Source: Bacteroidales bacterium (lineage in GTDB: Bacteria; Bacteroidota; Bacteroidia; Bacteroidales; UBA11471). From it: a DNA stretch of 64,000 nt. Positions 28,092 to 36,228 of the stretch are shown piece after piece; position 1 is the stretch's first letter, and every line of letters starts with the position of its first letter. Position numbers and translations under genes: made by a program. The stretch lies in the NCBI GenBank assembly GCA_045606385.1, contig JAZURX010000068.1, forward strand, positions 7,659 to 71,658. The letters are read 5' to 3'. The notes beneath the pieces were generated by a model. The model was not told where the DNA came from, searched no databases, and worked only from the letters and a program-made list of their open reading frames with translations.

Positions 28092-29630
28092 ATGTTGGTA
28101 AAAGTATTTGGAGCTGCCATGCAGGGAATAGACGCCCTCACGGTAACTATCGAGGTAAATTGTTCGCAAGGTGTTCACTTCTACATGGTGGGATTGCCCG
28201 ACGCAGCAGTAAAAGAGAGTCACGAACGAGTGCGCTCAGCACTTTTGCACAACGGATACAAATTCCCTCGCCGACAGACCATTATCAATCTTGCTCCGGC
28301 CGATATACGTAAAGAAGGTTCGGCCTACGACCTACCTATAGCAATAGGTGTATTGGCGGCTTCAGAAGAGTTGATAACCAACAAACTTGACAAATATATG
28401 CTCATGGGAGAATTATCGCTCGACGGCTCGATACTGCCGATAAAAGGAGCATTACCCATTGCTATACAAGCCCGCGCCCAAGGATTCAAAGGGCTTATCG
28501 TACCCAAAGCAAATGTGCGCGAAGCAGCTGTAGTAGATTGTCTCGAAGTGTATGGTGTCGAAAATATTAAAGATGTAGTCGATTTCTTCAGTGGCGAAGG
28601 AGCATTATCACCCACTATTATTGACACCCGCGCCGAATTTTTTGCGGCTCAAGGCAATTTCGACCTCGATTTTGCTGATGTCAAAGGACAAGAGAGTGTA
28701 AAGCGTGCCTTTGAAGTGGCAGCTGCCGGCGGGCACAATCTCATCATGATAGGCCCTCCGGGAGCCGGGAAATCAATGATGGCCAAACGTATCCCTTCTA
28801 TACTTCCTCCGCTTACCCTACACGAGGCTCTCGAAACCACAAAGATACACTCCGTGGCCGGGCGTATGGAACGTAACAGTTCACTACTCTCCCAACGACC
28901 TTTCCGCTCACCCCATCACACAATATCGAGTGTAGCATTGGTCGGGGGCGGCACATTTCCTCAACCGGGAGAAATTTCTCTCGCTCACAATGGAGTTTTG
29001 TTTCTCGACGAATTACCCGAATTTTCGCGCCAAGTGCTCGAAGTAATGCGTCAACCCCTCGAAGACCGAAAAATAACGATTTCACGCGCAAAATATACCA
29101 TAGAATATCCGGCAGGAGTAATGCTTGTAGCCTCGATGAATCCATGCCCCTGCGGATACTACAACCACCCCAACAAAGAGTGTATATGCCAACCGGGTGC
29201 CGTACAACGGTATCTCAATCGCATATCAGGTCCCCTGCTCGACCGCATAGATATACAGATAGAGATTGTGCCTGTACCTTTCGAAAAAATATCGGACAGT
29301 CACCCCGGCGAAGCAAGCGCCTCTATACGCGAACGAGTAATTAAAGCCCGCGAGATACAAGCCGCACGTTTCAAAGACGAACCGGGTATATATTGCAACG
29401 CGCAAATGAACAGCCGATTACTCAATACATACGCACGTCCCGATGCTGCCGGACTTGAACGTCTGCGCACTGCCATGAAGATGTTTAATCTCTCGGCACG
29501 TGCATACGACCGAATATTAAAAGTGGCACGCACCATCGCCGACCTTGCCGGTAGCGAAAACATAGAGGTTGCTCACCTCTCAGAGGCCATAAACTACCGC
29601 AACCTCGACCGAGAAAACTGGGCCGGATAA
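28092..29630 (+). CDS. comM: YifB/ComM family Mg-chelatase-like AAA ATPase
   Basis: Lon-protease-like N-terminal domain, Walker A GPPGAGKSM and Walker B LFLDELPEF. Confidence 0.92.
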   Translation: MLVKVFGAAMQGIDALTVTIEVNCSQGVHFYMVGLPDAAVKESHERVRSALLHNGYKFPRRQTIINLAPADIRKEGSAYDLPIAIGVLAASEELITNKLDKYMLMGELSLDGSILPIKGALPIAIQARAQGFKGLIVPKANVREAAVVDCLEVYGVENIKDVVDFFSGEGALSPTIIDTRAEFFAAQGNFDLDFADVKGQESVKRAFEVAAAGGHNLIMIGPPGAGKSMMAKRIPSILPPLTLHEALETTKIHSVAGRMERNSSLLSQRPFRSPHHTISSVALVGGGTFPQPGEISLAHNGVLFLDELPEFSRQVLEVMRQPLEDRKITISRAKYTIEYPAGVMLVASMNPCPCGYYNHPNKECICQPGAVQRYLNRISGPLLDRIDIQIEIVPVPFEKISDSHPGEASASIRERVIKAREIQAARFKDEPGIYCNAQMNSRLLNTYARPDAAGLERLRTAMKMFNLSARAYDRILKVARTIADLAGSENIEVAHLSEAINYRNLDRENWAG

Positions 29631-29670
29631 TGCTATAAATTTACCTTACATCTATCGAAAAAAATACAAA

Positions 29671-29702
29671 AGACAGCCATCCGGTTTCTCGAGTGGCTGT
29701 CT
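29671..29702. terminator. Bidirectional hairpin between convergent comM and meaB
   Basis: 9-bp stem agacagcca / tggctgtct with a 14-nt loop, flanked by A-rich sequence on the left only. Confidence 0.6.
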
Positions 29703-29719
29703 ACATATAGTACGTAATC

Positions 29720-30811
29720 TCAACACTCAAAATATCGGTCGAGAATATCTTGTGCGGCAGCAAATGGGCTTTGCGCAGCAGCAAGTACAAGGCGCTCTTT
29801 CTCGGCAAGGAGACAGGTTATTTCGGGATTGTTATAAAAATGTGCCCGTAGTTGCTCGTCTATGGTTTCGGTCATCCAATAGCGAGACTGCTCACGACGA
29901 CGATGCTCGAAATAGCCATTTTCTTTCACAAAACGGGTATATTCATCAATCATAGACCACACCTCATCAATACCTATCTCGTAATAACCCGAGTAGGTAA
30001 GCACTTGTGGAGTCCAACCCGATGGTGGAGCGGGAAACAGATGTAAGGCATTACGAAAATGTGCTTGTGCCAATTGGGCTTTCTCTATATTGTTACCATC
30101 GGCTTTGTTTATAACGATACCATCGGCCATTTCCATAATACCGCGTTTGATACCCTGCAATTCATCGCCTGTGCCTGCGAGCTGTATCAGCAAAAAGAAA
30201 TCGACCATCGAATGACAGGCTGTCTCGGACTGACCAACCCCCACAGTTTCCACAAAAATGGTATCGAAACCGGCAGCTTCACACAATATAATGGTTTCTC
30301 GTGTTTTACGCGCCACACCACCTAACGAACCGGCCGAAGGTGAAGGACGAATAAACGCTTCTTTCTGAACAGAAAGTCGCTCCATACGGGTTTTATCACC
30401 AAGAATACTACCTTTGGAACGCTCACTGCTGGGATCGATAGCCAATACCGCCAACTTGCTACCCTTCGATAGCACATGCATACCAAATGCATCGATAGAG
30501 GTACTCTTACCCGCACCGGGCACACCCGATATGCCGATACGCACCGATTTACCGGCATGAGGAAGGCAACCTGCAATTACCTCCTGGGCAATTGCTTGAT
30601 GCTCGGGGAGCTGACTCTCTACCAAGGTAACTGCTTGGCTCAAAATCGAAATATCGCCTTTCAAAATCCCCTCTATATACTCAGATGCAGTATATTCCCG
30701 ACGGCGAAATTTCATACGTTGCGCCAAATAAGGATTTATCGAAGGGGGCTGCACGATACCTTTATTTACCGCCAATCCAGCATATTCACTATTATTTTCG
30801 ATATGGTCCAT
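29720..30811 (-). CDS. meaB: Methylmalonyl-CoA mutase-associated GTPase MeaB (ArgK family)
   Basis: G1 GVPGAGKST, G3 VETVGVGQSE and G4 NKADG motifs. Confidence 0.9.
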   Translation of the reverse strand: MDHIENNSEYAGLAVNKGIVQPPSINPYLAQRMKFRRREYTASEYIEGILKGDISILSQAVTLVESQLPEHQAIAQEVIAGCLPHAGKSVRIGISGVPGAGKSTSIDAFGMHVLSKGSKLAVLAIDPSSERSKGSILGDKTRMERLSVQKEAFIRPSPSAGSLGGVARKTRETIILCEAAGFDTIFVETVGVGQSETACHSMVDFFLLIQLAGTGDELQGIKRGIMEMADGIVINKADGNNIEKAQLAQAHFRNALHLFPAPPSGWTPQVLTYSGYYEIGIDEVWSMIDEYTRFVKENGYFEHRRREQSRYWMTETIDEQLRAHFYNNPEITCLLAEKERLVLAAAQSPFAAAQDILDRYFEC

Positions 30812-30834
30812 AACATCTGTTTTGGGTGATGGTA

Positions 30835-31299
30835 CTATCGTAATTGGGCTTTTTTCATCTGGCTTGACTCGTCACTGCCATTATCAGGCTGCACTACACC
30901 TTTTATTTGCAATACTGTACGGTCGGGCTTGGTATTGGTATATACAAAGATATTTTTGGCAAATTCTCCGGGACGTCCCATAGTTTTATATACGACGGTA
31001 AGCTCAGCAGTATCGCCTGCAGCAATAGGTCGCTCAGGGTATGTAGGTACCGTACAACCGCACGAAGCCGATGCTCTGATAATAACCAGAGGAGTCTTAC
31101 CCACATTTACAAATTTGAAAGTACATTCAGCATCACCGTCTCGCTCATAAATAATACCAAAATCATGAGTCAGCTTCTCAAACTCTATCTTAGTGGCTTT
31201 ACGTTTTTGAGCCGAAAGTGCAAGCACTACCAATAACATGCATACAACAACTGTAACTCTACGTATCATATCAATATTGTATTTTGAAGTTATTACCAT
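30835..31299 (-). CDS. DUF1573 domain-containing protein
   Basis: Signal peptide, then FKFVNVGKTPLVI...SCGCT...G...ELTVVY, typical of DUF1573. An alternative start is Met11 at 31269. Confidence 0.8.
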   Translation of the reverse strand: MVITSKYNIDMIRRVTVVVCMLLVVLALSAQKRKATKIEFEKLTHDFGIIYERDGDAECTFKFVNVGKTPLVIIRASASCGCTVPTYPERPIAAGDTAELTVVYKTMGRPGEFAKNIFVYTNTKPDRTVLQIKGVVQPDNGSDESSQMKKAQLR

Positions 31300-31353
31300 T
31301 TATATAAGGACTGTGTCTTGATGTTATCGCCCTTCATAACAACTATGTTGCAC

Positions 31354-31361
31354 AAAAATAC
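31354..31361 (-). promoter_or_regulatory. -7 promoter box (TAttTTTG) for the DUF1573-meaB operon
   Basis: The reverse complement of caaaaata matches TAnnTTTG, about 55 nt upstream of the start at 31299. Confidence 0.45.
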
Positions 31362-31434
31362 GATTTTTCTTTATTAAACCCTCTGCCATACTCTATTTTT
31401 ATAGAACTTTTACGCATCGCATACCGATAAAGAC

Positions 31435-31470
31435 AATGATGGCGGCCAATGTGCAGTGGTCGCCATCATT
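31435..31470 (-). terminator. Hairpin terminator after fabI
   Basis: Perfect 10-bp stem aatgatggcg / cgccatcatt with a 16-nt loop, 19 nt beyond the fabI stop. Confidence 0.65.
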
Positions 31471-31488
31471 ATTATATAAGTAAAATTT

Positions 31489-32349
31489 CTATCCGTAAAT
31501 GATTTCTCCTGTTTCGGGATTGCGATACTCATCGAAACTCTTGTTGTACTGATCCATGGCACGAAGGCTCATACCCATGCTCGAGAATCCACCATCGTGA
31601 TAGAGATTTTGCATAGTCACTTTACGGGTAAGATCCGAGAACATGACTATACAATAGTCGGCACATTCGGCGGCATCTGCATTACCCAGCGGCGACATAC
31701 GGTTGGCAAAGTCCATCAGTGACTCCATACCCTTCACCCCACTACCTGCAGTGGTCATTGTAGGAGACTGCGAAATGGTATTGATACGCACATGTTTTTC
31801 GCGACCATAAATATAACCAAAGCTACGCGCGATAGATTCCAACAGTGCTTTTGCGTCAGCCATATCGTTATAGCCAAACAGTGTGCGTTGAGCAGCAACG
31901 TATGAAAGTGCCACAATAGAACCATACTCGTTGATAGCATCGAGCTTTTTTGCAGTCTGTATCATTTTATGGAACGAAACAGCCGATATGTCGAGCGTCT
32001 TATCAAGAAGGCTATAATCGAGATCGTCATAGGGACGTTTCTTCCGCACATTAGGCGACATACCTATAGAGTGCAATACAAAATCTATTTTACCACCTAA
32101 TACCTCGACCGAACGTTTGAATACATTTTCCAAATCCTCGACACTTGTAGCATCGGCAGGTATTACTTCGGCATGGAGCTTCTCACTCAACTCCGATACT
32201 TGCCCCATACGCACAGCGACGGGTGTATTTGACAATGTAATGGTTGCACCTTCTTCGACAGCTCTTTCGGCCACTTTCCAAGCAATCGACATATCGTTCA
32301 ACGCGCCGAAGATTATACCGCGTTTACCTTTCAATAAATTGTTACTCAT
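31489..32349 (-). CDS. fabI: Enoyl-[acyl-carrier-protein] reductase (NADH), FabI type
   Basis: SDR fold beginning MSNNLLKGKRGIIFGALNDMSIAWK. The listed ORF runs up to 32772, but the extra 141 N-terminal residues are implausible and overlap the neighbouring gene and promoter. Confidence 0.9.
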   Translation of the reverse strand: MSNNLLKGKRGIIFGALNDMSIAWKVAERAVEEGATITLSNTPVAVRMGQVSELSEKLHAEVIPADATSVEDLENVFKRSVEVLGGKIDFVLHSIGMSPNVRKKRPYDDLDYSLLDKTLDISAVSFHKMIQTAKKLDAINEYGSIVALSYVAAQRTLFGYNDMADAKALLESIARSFGYIYGREKHVRINTISQSPTMTTAGSGVKGMESLMDFANRMSPLGNADAAECADYCIVMFSDLTRKVTMQNLYHDGGFSSMGMSLRAMDQYNKSFDEYRNPETGEIIYG

Positions 32350-32561
32350 ACTTTTCTTTATTTGTAATATATACAAAATTGCACACTTATGATGCTTTTG
32401 TGCGATTTCGAAGACACAAAGGTACACTAATTTTTCTATATAACAATTATTTTGCTGCAAATTGCTATCTATAGTTGACAAAACCAGCCCGCTTTCTACA
32501 ATATTTACAAAAAAAGAATCATTATTTTCACCCTCCATTCGGTCGTTTTCATACCTTTGTA

Positions 32562-32569
32562 ATATCAAT
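32562..32569 (+). promoter_or_regulatory. -7 promoter box (TAccTTTG) for the GH43/FG-GAP gene
   Basis: Matches TAnnTTTG, 31 nt upstream of the ATG at 32600. Confidence 0.45.
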
Positions 32570-32599
32570 ACCTCATGTATAATATAAATAATACACATT

Positions 32600-35500
32600 A
32601 TGAATTTACAACCCACAATTTTTTCTATCACCCTGATACTTGCAATATCACTATCAGGGTACGCCCAACAAAAAACTGCTTTTGAACGAATAGGCAGTAA
32701 AGACGAAACAATACAAGATATGTTCCCGGGGTCGCATCGTGCGCGCCCGGTCATCGCCGACTTTACCAACAACGGGCATTTCGATCTTTTCTACGGAGGG
32801 CAAGACCTCGGAGGGTCGACCGGATGGTATCTCAAAGAGATAATCGACGATACGCGGTGGGGAGATCAAGGGAATGGCAAATATGTAAACCCAATACTCA
32901 ATGCCGACTACTCCGACCCTGATGTAATACGTGTAGGAGATAAATATTATATGATATGCTCGGAATTTCATTTTATGGGCATACCTGTACTCGAATCGGA
33001 AGATATGGTCAATTGGAAGATTATTACTCAGATATATAATGAAATAAATCTACCCGGATACAATAGTATGGAACGATATGGTGGCGGTTCATGGGCACCC
33101 GCCATTCGTTATTACAACGACAAATATTGGGTTTACTTCTGCACTCCGAACGAAGGGCTCTTTATGAGTACTGCCGAAAATCCGGCGGGTCCGTGGTCGC
33201 CCTTAGTGCACGTAAAAACTGTCAGCGGGTGGGAAGACCCTTGTCCGCTGAGGGACGATAATGGAGATGCCTACTTGGGTCGCAGCCAACTCGGTGGCGG
33301 TCCGATAATTATACACAAAATGAGTGCCGATGGTACTCGTCTGCTCGATAACGGAGTGAAAGTGTATGAGGGGCCAACAGCCGAAGGCACCAAAATGTTT
33401 AAAAAGGACGGATACTATTACATAAGTATTCCCGAAGGAGGAGTCGGCACAGGCTGGCAGACCGTATTACGCTCTAAAAATATTTACGGCCCTTATGAGA
33501 AAAAAATCGTGCTGGAACAAGGTGTTACAAAAGTCAACGGGCCTCACCAGGGCGCATTGGTCGACACACCCGAAGGTGAATGGTGGTTTTATCACTTCCA
33601 AACACTCGACCCGCAAGGACGCATCGTACACCTGCAACCGGTAACATGGATAGATGGTTGGCCACAAATAGGGCAAGACATTGACGGCAACGGCATCGGA
33701 GAACCTGTAAAAGAGTGGGAAATACCCATTCCTTCAAAAAATAACAAAGTATATGGTCCAAAGACCTCCGACGAATTTACCGATACCACCAAATCTGCAC
33801 ATTGGCAAATAAACCATAATCCGATACCGGATAAATGGTCTTTTACAGAAAAAGAAGGATATCTGTCTCTACATGCTATGCAAGCCATGAAACTCAAAGA
33901 CGCGCATAACATGTTTACACAGAAAATCATGGGATATTATTCCGAGGCCGTAATAAAACTCGATTGCAGCGAGATGGTCGATGGGCAACGAGCCGGCCTC
34001 TTCTGCATAGGTGGCATATACAATGCCGCAGGCATCTCATGTGCCAACGGCAAAAAATACATCTATTTCGAAAGCGACAGTACAACAAGGAATATAACAA
34101 CAATTACCAAAGATACGGTATTTTTCAAAGTCTACATCAATGGTAATATAAATCAAGCACAACTCTATTTTAGTATCAATAATCAAGGATACGGAAAATG
34201 CGGAGAACCATTCTCTTTACATTCGAGTGATTGGAAAGGTGCAAGAGTAGGGATATTTTCGTATAACACAAAAGCCGATACCGGAGTTGCTCATTTTGAC
34301 TATTTCAGATATGATTACGACGGGCCCGGAGGTTATATCAACACACGCGAGGACCCAGTACTGAACGAAGAGTGGCACGTATGGAACGAAATGGCCGCAT
34401 TAGTAAAAAACAACGGTGATGAAACATTCTCGCTTGTACAAGAATATGATACCGATATACAACAGACCATTTGGGCCAACAGTCTGTTTTTTGACTACAA
34501 CAACGACGGGAATCTCGACTTGCTCATTGTAGGAAAAGGAGGCGATTGGCGTTACTCGATGAATACCAAATATGCATTACTCTACCAAAACACGGGAGAA
34601 AAGGGTAATTATATGTTCAAACAAGTCAACGCGGGATTTGCACAAGAGTGCGACGAAATGTATTTCAACACCATCACAACCGGAGATTACAATCACGACG
34701 GATACACCGATGTTTTGATAATGGCATACGATAAAAACAACAACAAACTTATCAACCTATATCGTAATGAGCATGGGAGCGGCATTTTTTCACTGCAAAA
34801 AAATGCATTACCCAAAGATAGTGATACCCCGGGGAGTTTCGATGGCGCATCGAATGGGTCGGTAATGATGGGCGACATCGATAACGACGGTTGGCTCGAC
34901 ATCTTCTATAACGGATCGGGTAACGATACCCGGTATATTCGCATCTACAAAAATATGCAGAATGGCACATTCAAAGATATAACTCCCGAAAATATCACCG
35001 GAACGTTCGAAAGCCAATGTGCACTTGCAGACATAGATGGTGATGGCGACCTTGACATAATAGTAACCGGACTTGGCGAGAATTTAAAGCTAATTTCGAG
35101 CATATATTACAACAGCATAAATACTCAAACAGGACTGCCGGAGTTTACGCTCGCAGATTCAGGCACAAATGGTATTACGCCGATGACTAAGGCCAATTTA
35201 TTAATTGCCGACTTCAACAACGATGGAACAATGGACCTGATTGCCTCGGCAAACGATGGCACCAATGATCTCACACACGTGCTCTATCAAAACATTAATG
35301 GCAGATTTACCCTCGACACAAAATACCCACTAATCTCTATCAAAGATGGCGGTATCAATATGGGCGACATCGATGGTGACAACAATATGGATATAGTCGT
35401 GGCCGGATATAAAGGGACGAATACAGGTAATGCCTACGGCTCCCCGGTAAGGCTCTATAAAAACGTTCCTGCAAACGCCGGTATTAACTCGAATATGCCC

Positions 35501-36043
35501 CCTTCTGCTCCAAGCAGCATCTCTGTCACAGAACAAGATTATAAACTTCATATATCATGGGAAGCTTCTACTGACGACATATCTTCGCAACAAGCATTGA
35601 GGTACAATATATGTGTTAAAAACAATCATACCGGAGAAATCTGGTCGATAATTCCCGCCGACATAGAGACCGGAGGCATAAAGGTTGGAACCGATTTACA
35701 AACTTCTCTCTCCGCTGCCGTAAAAGAGTATGTAATGACAATACCCGAAGGCGGAAATTACACAATCGGAGTACAAGCATTGGACCAATCGTACGCAGGT
35801 AGTCCATTCACTTTTTTTACCGGCGATTTCTCTGGAGTGAAGGAGGGCTCCAGCCAAACAAAAAAGTTAGTTACCACCATCGACGGAGTGATGGTGGTAA
35901 GCGAAGAAAATGAACCTGTAACCATCTATAACATTGCGGGCAACATCGCCACATACGGCTCAACAAATAACGATATTATTATTAAGGAAAAAGGACTATA
36001 TATTGTCACCTCCGGAAGTACTGCATTCAAATGGGTAAAATGA
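32600..36043 (+). CDS. Multidomain T9SS cargo: GH43 glycoside hydrolase plus beta-sandwich module, seven FG-GAP/VCBS repeats, FN3-like domain and T9SS C-terminal sorting domain
   Basis: Signal peptide. GH43 motifs NPILNADYSDPDV, GSWAPAIRY, EDPCPL and TAEGTKMFKKDGYYY. Seven DxNxDGxxD-type repeats: ADFTNNGHFD near the N-terminus, and six between aa 629 and 930. C-terminal ...VTIYNIAGNIA...GLYIVT...KWVK resembles T9SS CTDs. Confidence 0.85.
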   Translation: MNLQPTIFSITLILAISLSGYAQQKTAFERIGSKDETIQDMFPGSHRARPVIADFTNNGHFDLFYGGQDLGGSTGWYLKEIIDDTRWGDQGNGKYVNPILNADYSDPDVIRVGDKYYMICSEFHFMGIPVLESEDMVNWKIITQIYNEINLPGYNSMERYGGGSWAPAIRYYNDKYWVYFCTPNEGLFMSTAENPAGPWSPLVHVKTVSGWEDPCPLRDDNGDAYLGRSQLGGGPIIIHKMSADGTRLLDNGVKVYEGPTAEGTKMFKKDGYYYISIPEGGVGTGWQTVLRSKNIYGPYEKKIVLEQGVTKVNGPHQGALVDTPEGEWWFYHFQTLDPQGRIVHLQPVTWIDGWPQIGQDIDGNGIGEPVKEWEIPIPSKNNKVYGPKTSDEFTDTTKSAHWQINHNPIPDKWSFTEKEGYLSLHAMQAMKLKDAHNMFTQKIMGYYSEAVIKLDCSEMVDGQRAGLFCIGGIYNAAGISCANGKKYIYFESDSTTRNITTITKDTVFFKVYINGNINQAQLYFSINNQGYGKCGEPFSLHSSDWKGARVGIFSYNTKADTGVAHFDYFRYDYDGPGGYINTREDPVLNEEWHVWNEMAALVKNNGDETFSLVQEYDTDIQQTIWANSLFFDYNNDGNLDLLIVGKGGDWRYSMNTKYALLYQNTGEKGNYMFKQVNAGFAQECDEMYFNTITTGDYNHDGYTDVLIMAYDKNNNKLINLYRNEHGSGIFSLQKNALPKDSDTPGSFDGASNGSVMMGDIDNDGWLDIFYNGSGNDTRYIRIYKNMQNGTFKDITPENITGTFESQCALADIDGDGDLDIIVTGLGENLKLISSIYYNSINTQTGLPEFTLADSGTNGITPMTKANLLIADFNNDGTMDLIASANDGTNDLTHVLYQNINGRFTLDTKYPLISIKDGGINMGDIDGDNNMDIVVAGYKGTNTGNAYGSPVRLYKNVPANAGINSNMPPSAPSSISVTEQDYKLHISWEASTDDISSQQALRYNICVKNNHTGEIWSIIPADIETGGIKVGTDLQTSLSAAVKEYVMTIPEGGNYTIGVQALDQSYAGSPFTFFTGDFSGVKEGSSQTKKLVTTIDGVMVVSEENEPVTIYNIAGNIATYGSTNNDIIIKEKGLYIVTSGSTAFKWVK

Positions 36044-36092
36044 GTTGTAAATATTTTCTTAAGTTGCTGTAGTACAATTTTGAGAACAGAAC

Positions 36093-36130
36093 AATAAGAC
36101 GGAGCAATAAAAGTCCGTCTTATTTTATTT
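36093..36130 (+). terminator. Rho-independent terminator after the GH43/FG-GAP gene
   Basis: Perfect 11-bp stem aataagacgga / tccgtcttatt followed by TTATTT. Confidence 0.75.
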
Positions 36131-36187
36131 GCGTCAAAAGCACTATTTTTTGACTAATTAAACTCAATTACGTCATTATTTAATTTT

Positions 36188-36195
36188 TATTTTTG
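36188..36195 (+). promoter_or_regulatory. -7 promoter box (TAttTTTG) for the GH95-GH36 pair
   Basis: Matches TAnnTTTG, 34 nt upstream of the ATG at 36229. Confidence 0.45.
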
Positions 36196-36228
36196 TACAC
36201 ATATAACTCACTACATATTTCTGTAATT

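Noticed and set aside
31489-32772. 427-aa minus-strand ORF listed in the track, extending fabI 141 codons upstream.
   Set aside because: The FabI homology begins at MSNNLLKGKRG (start at 32349). The extension is Cys/Ile-rich nonsense-like sequence that runs through the fabI and GH43 promoter region and into the GH43 coding sequence.
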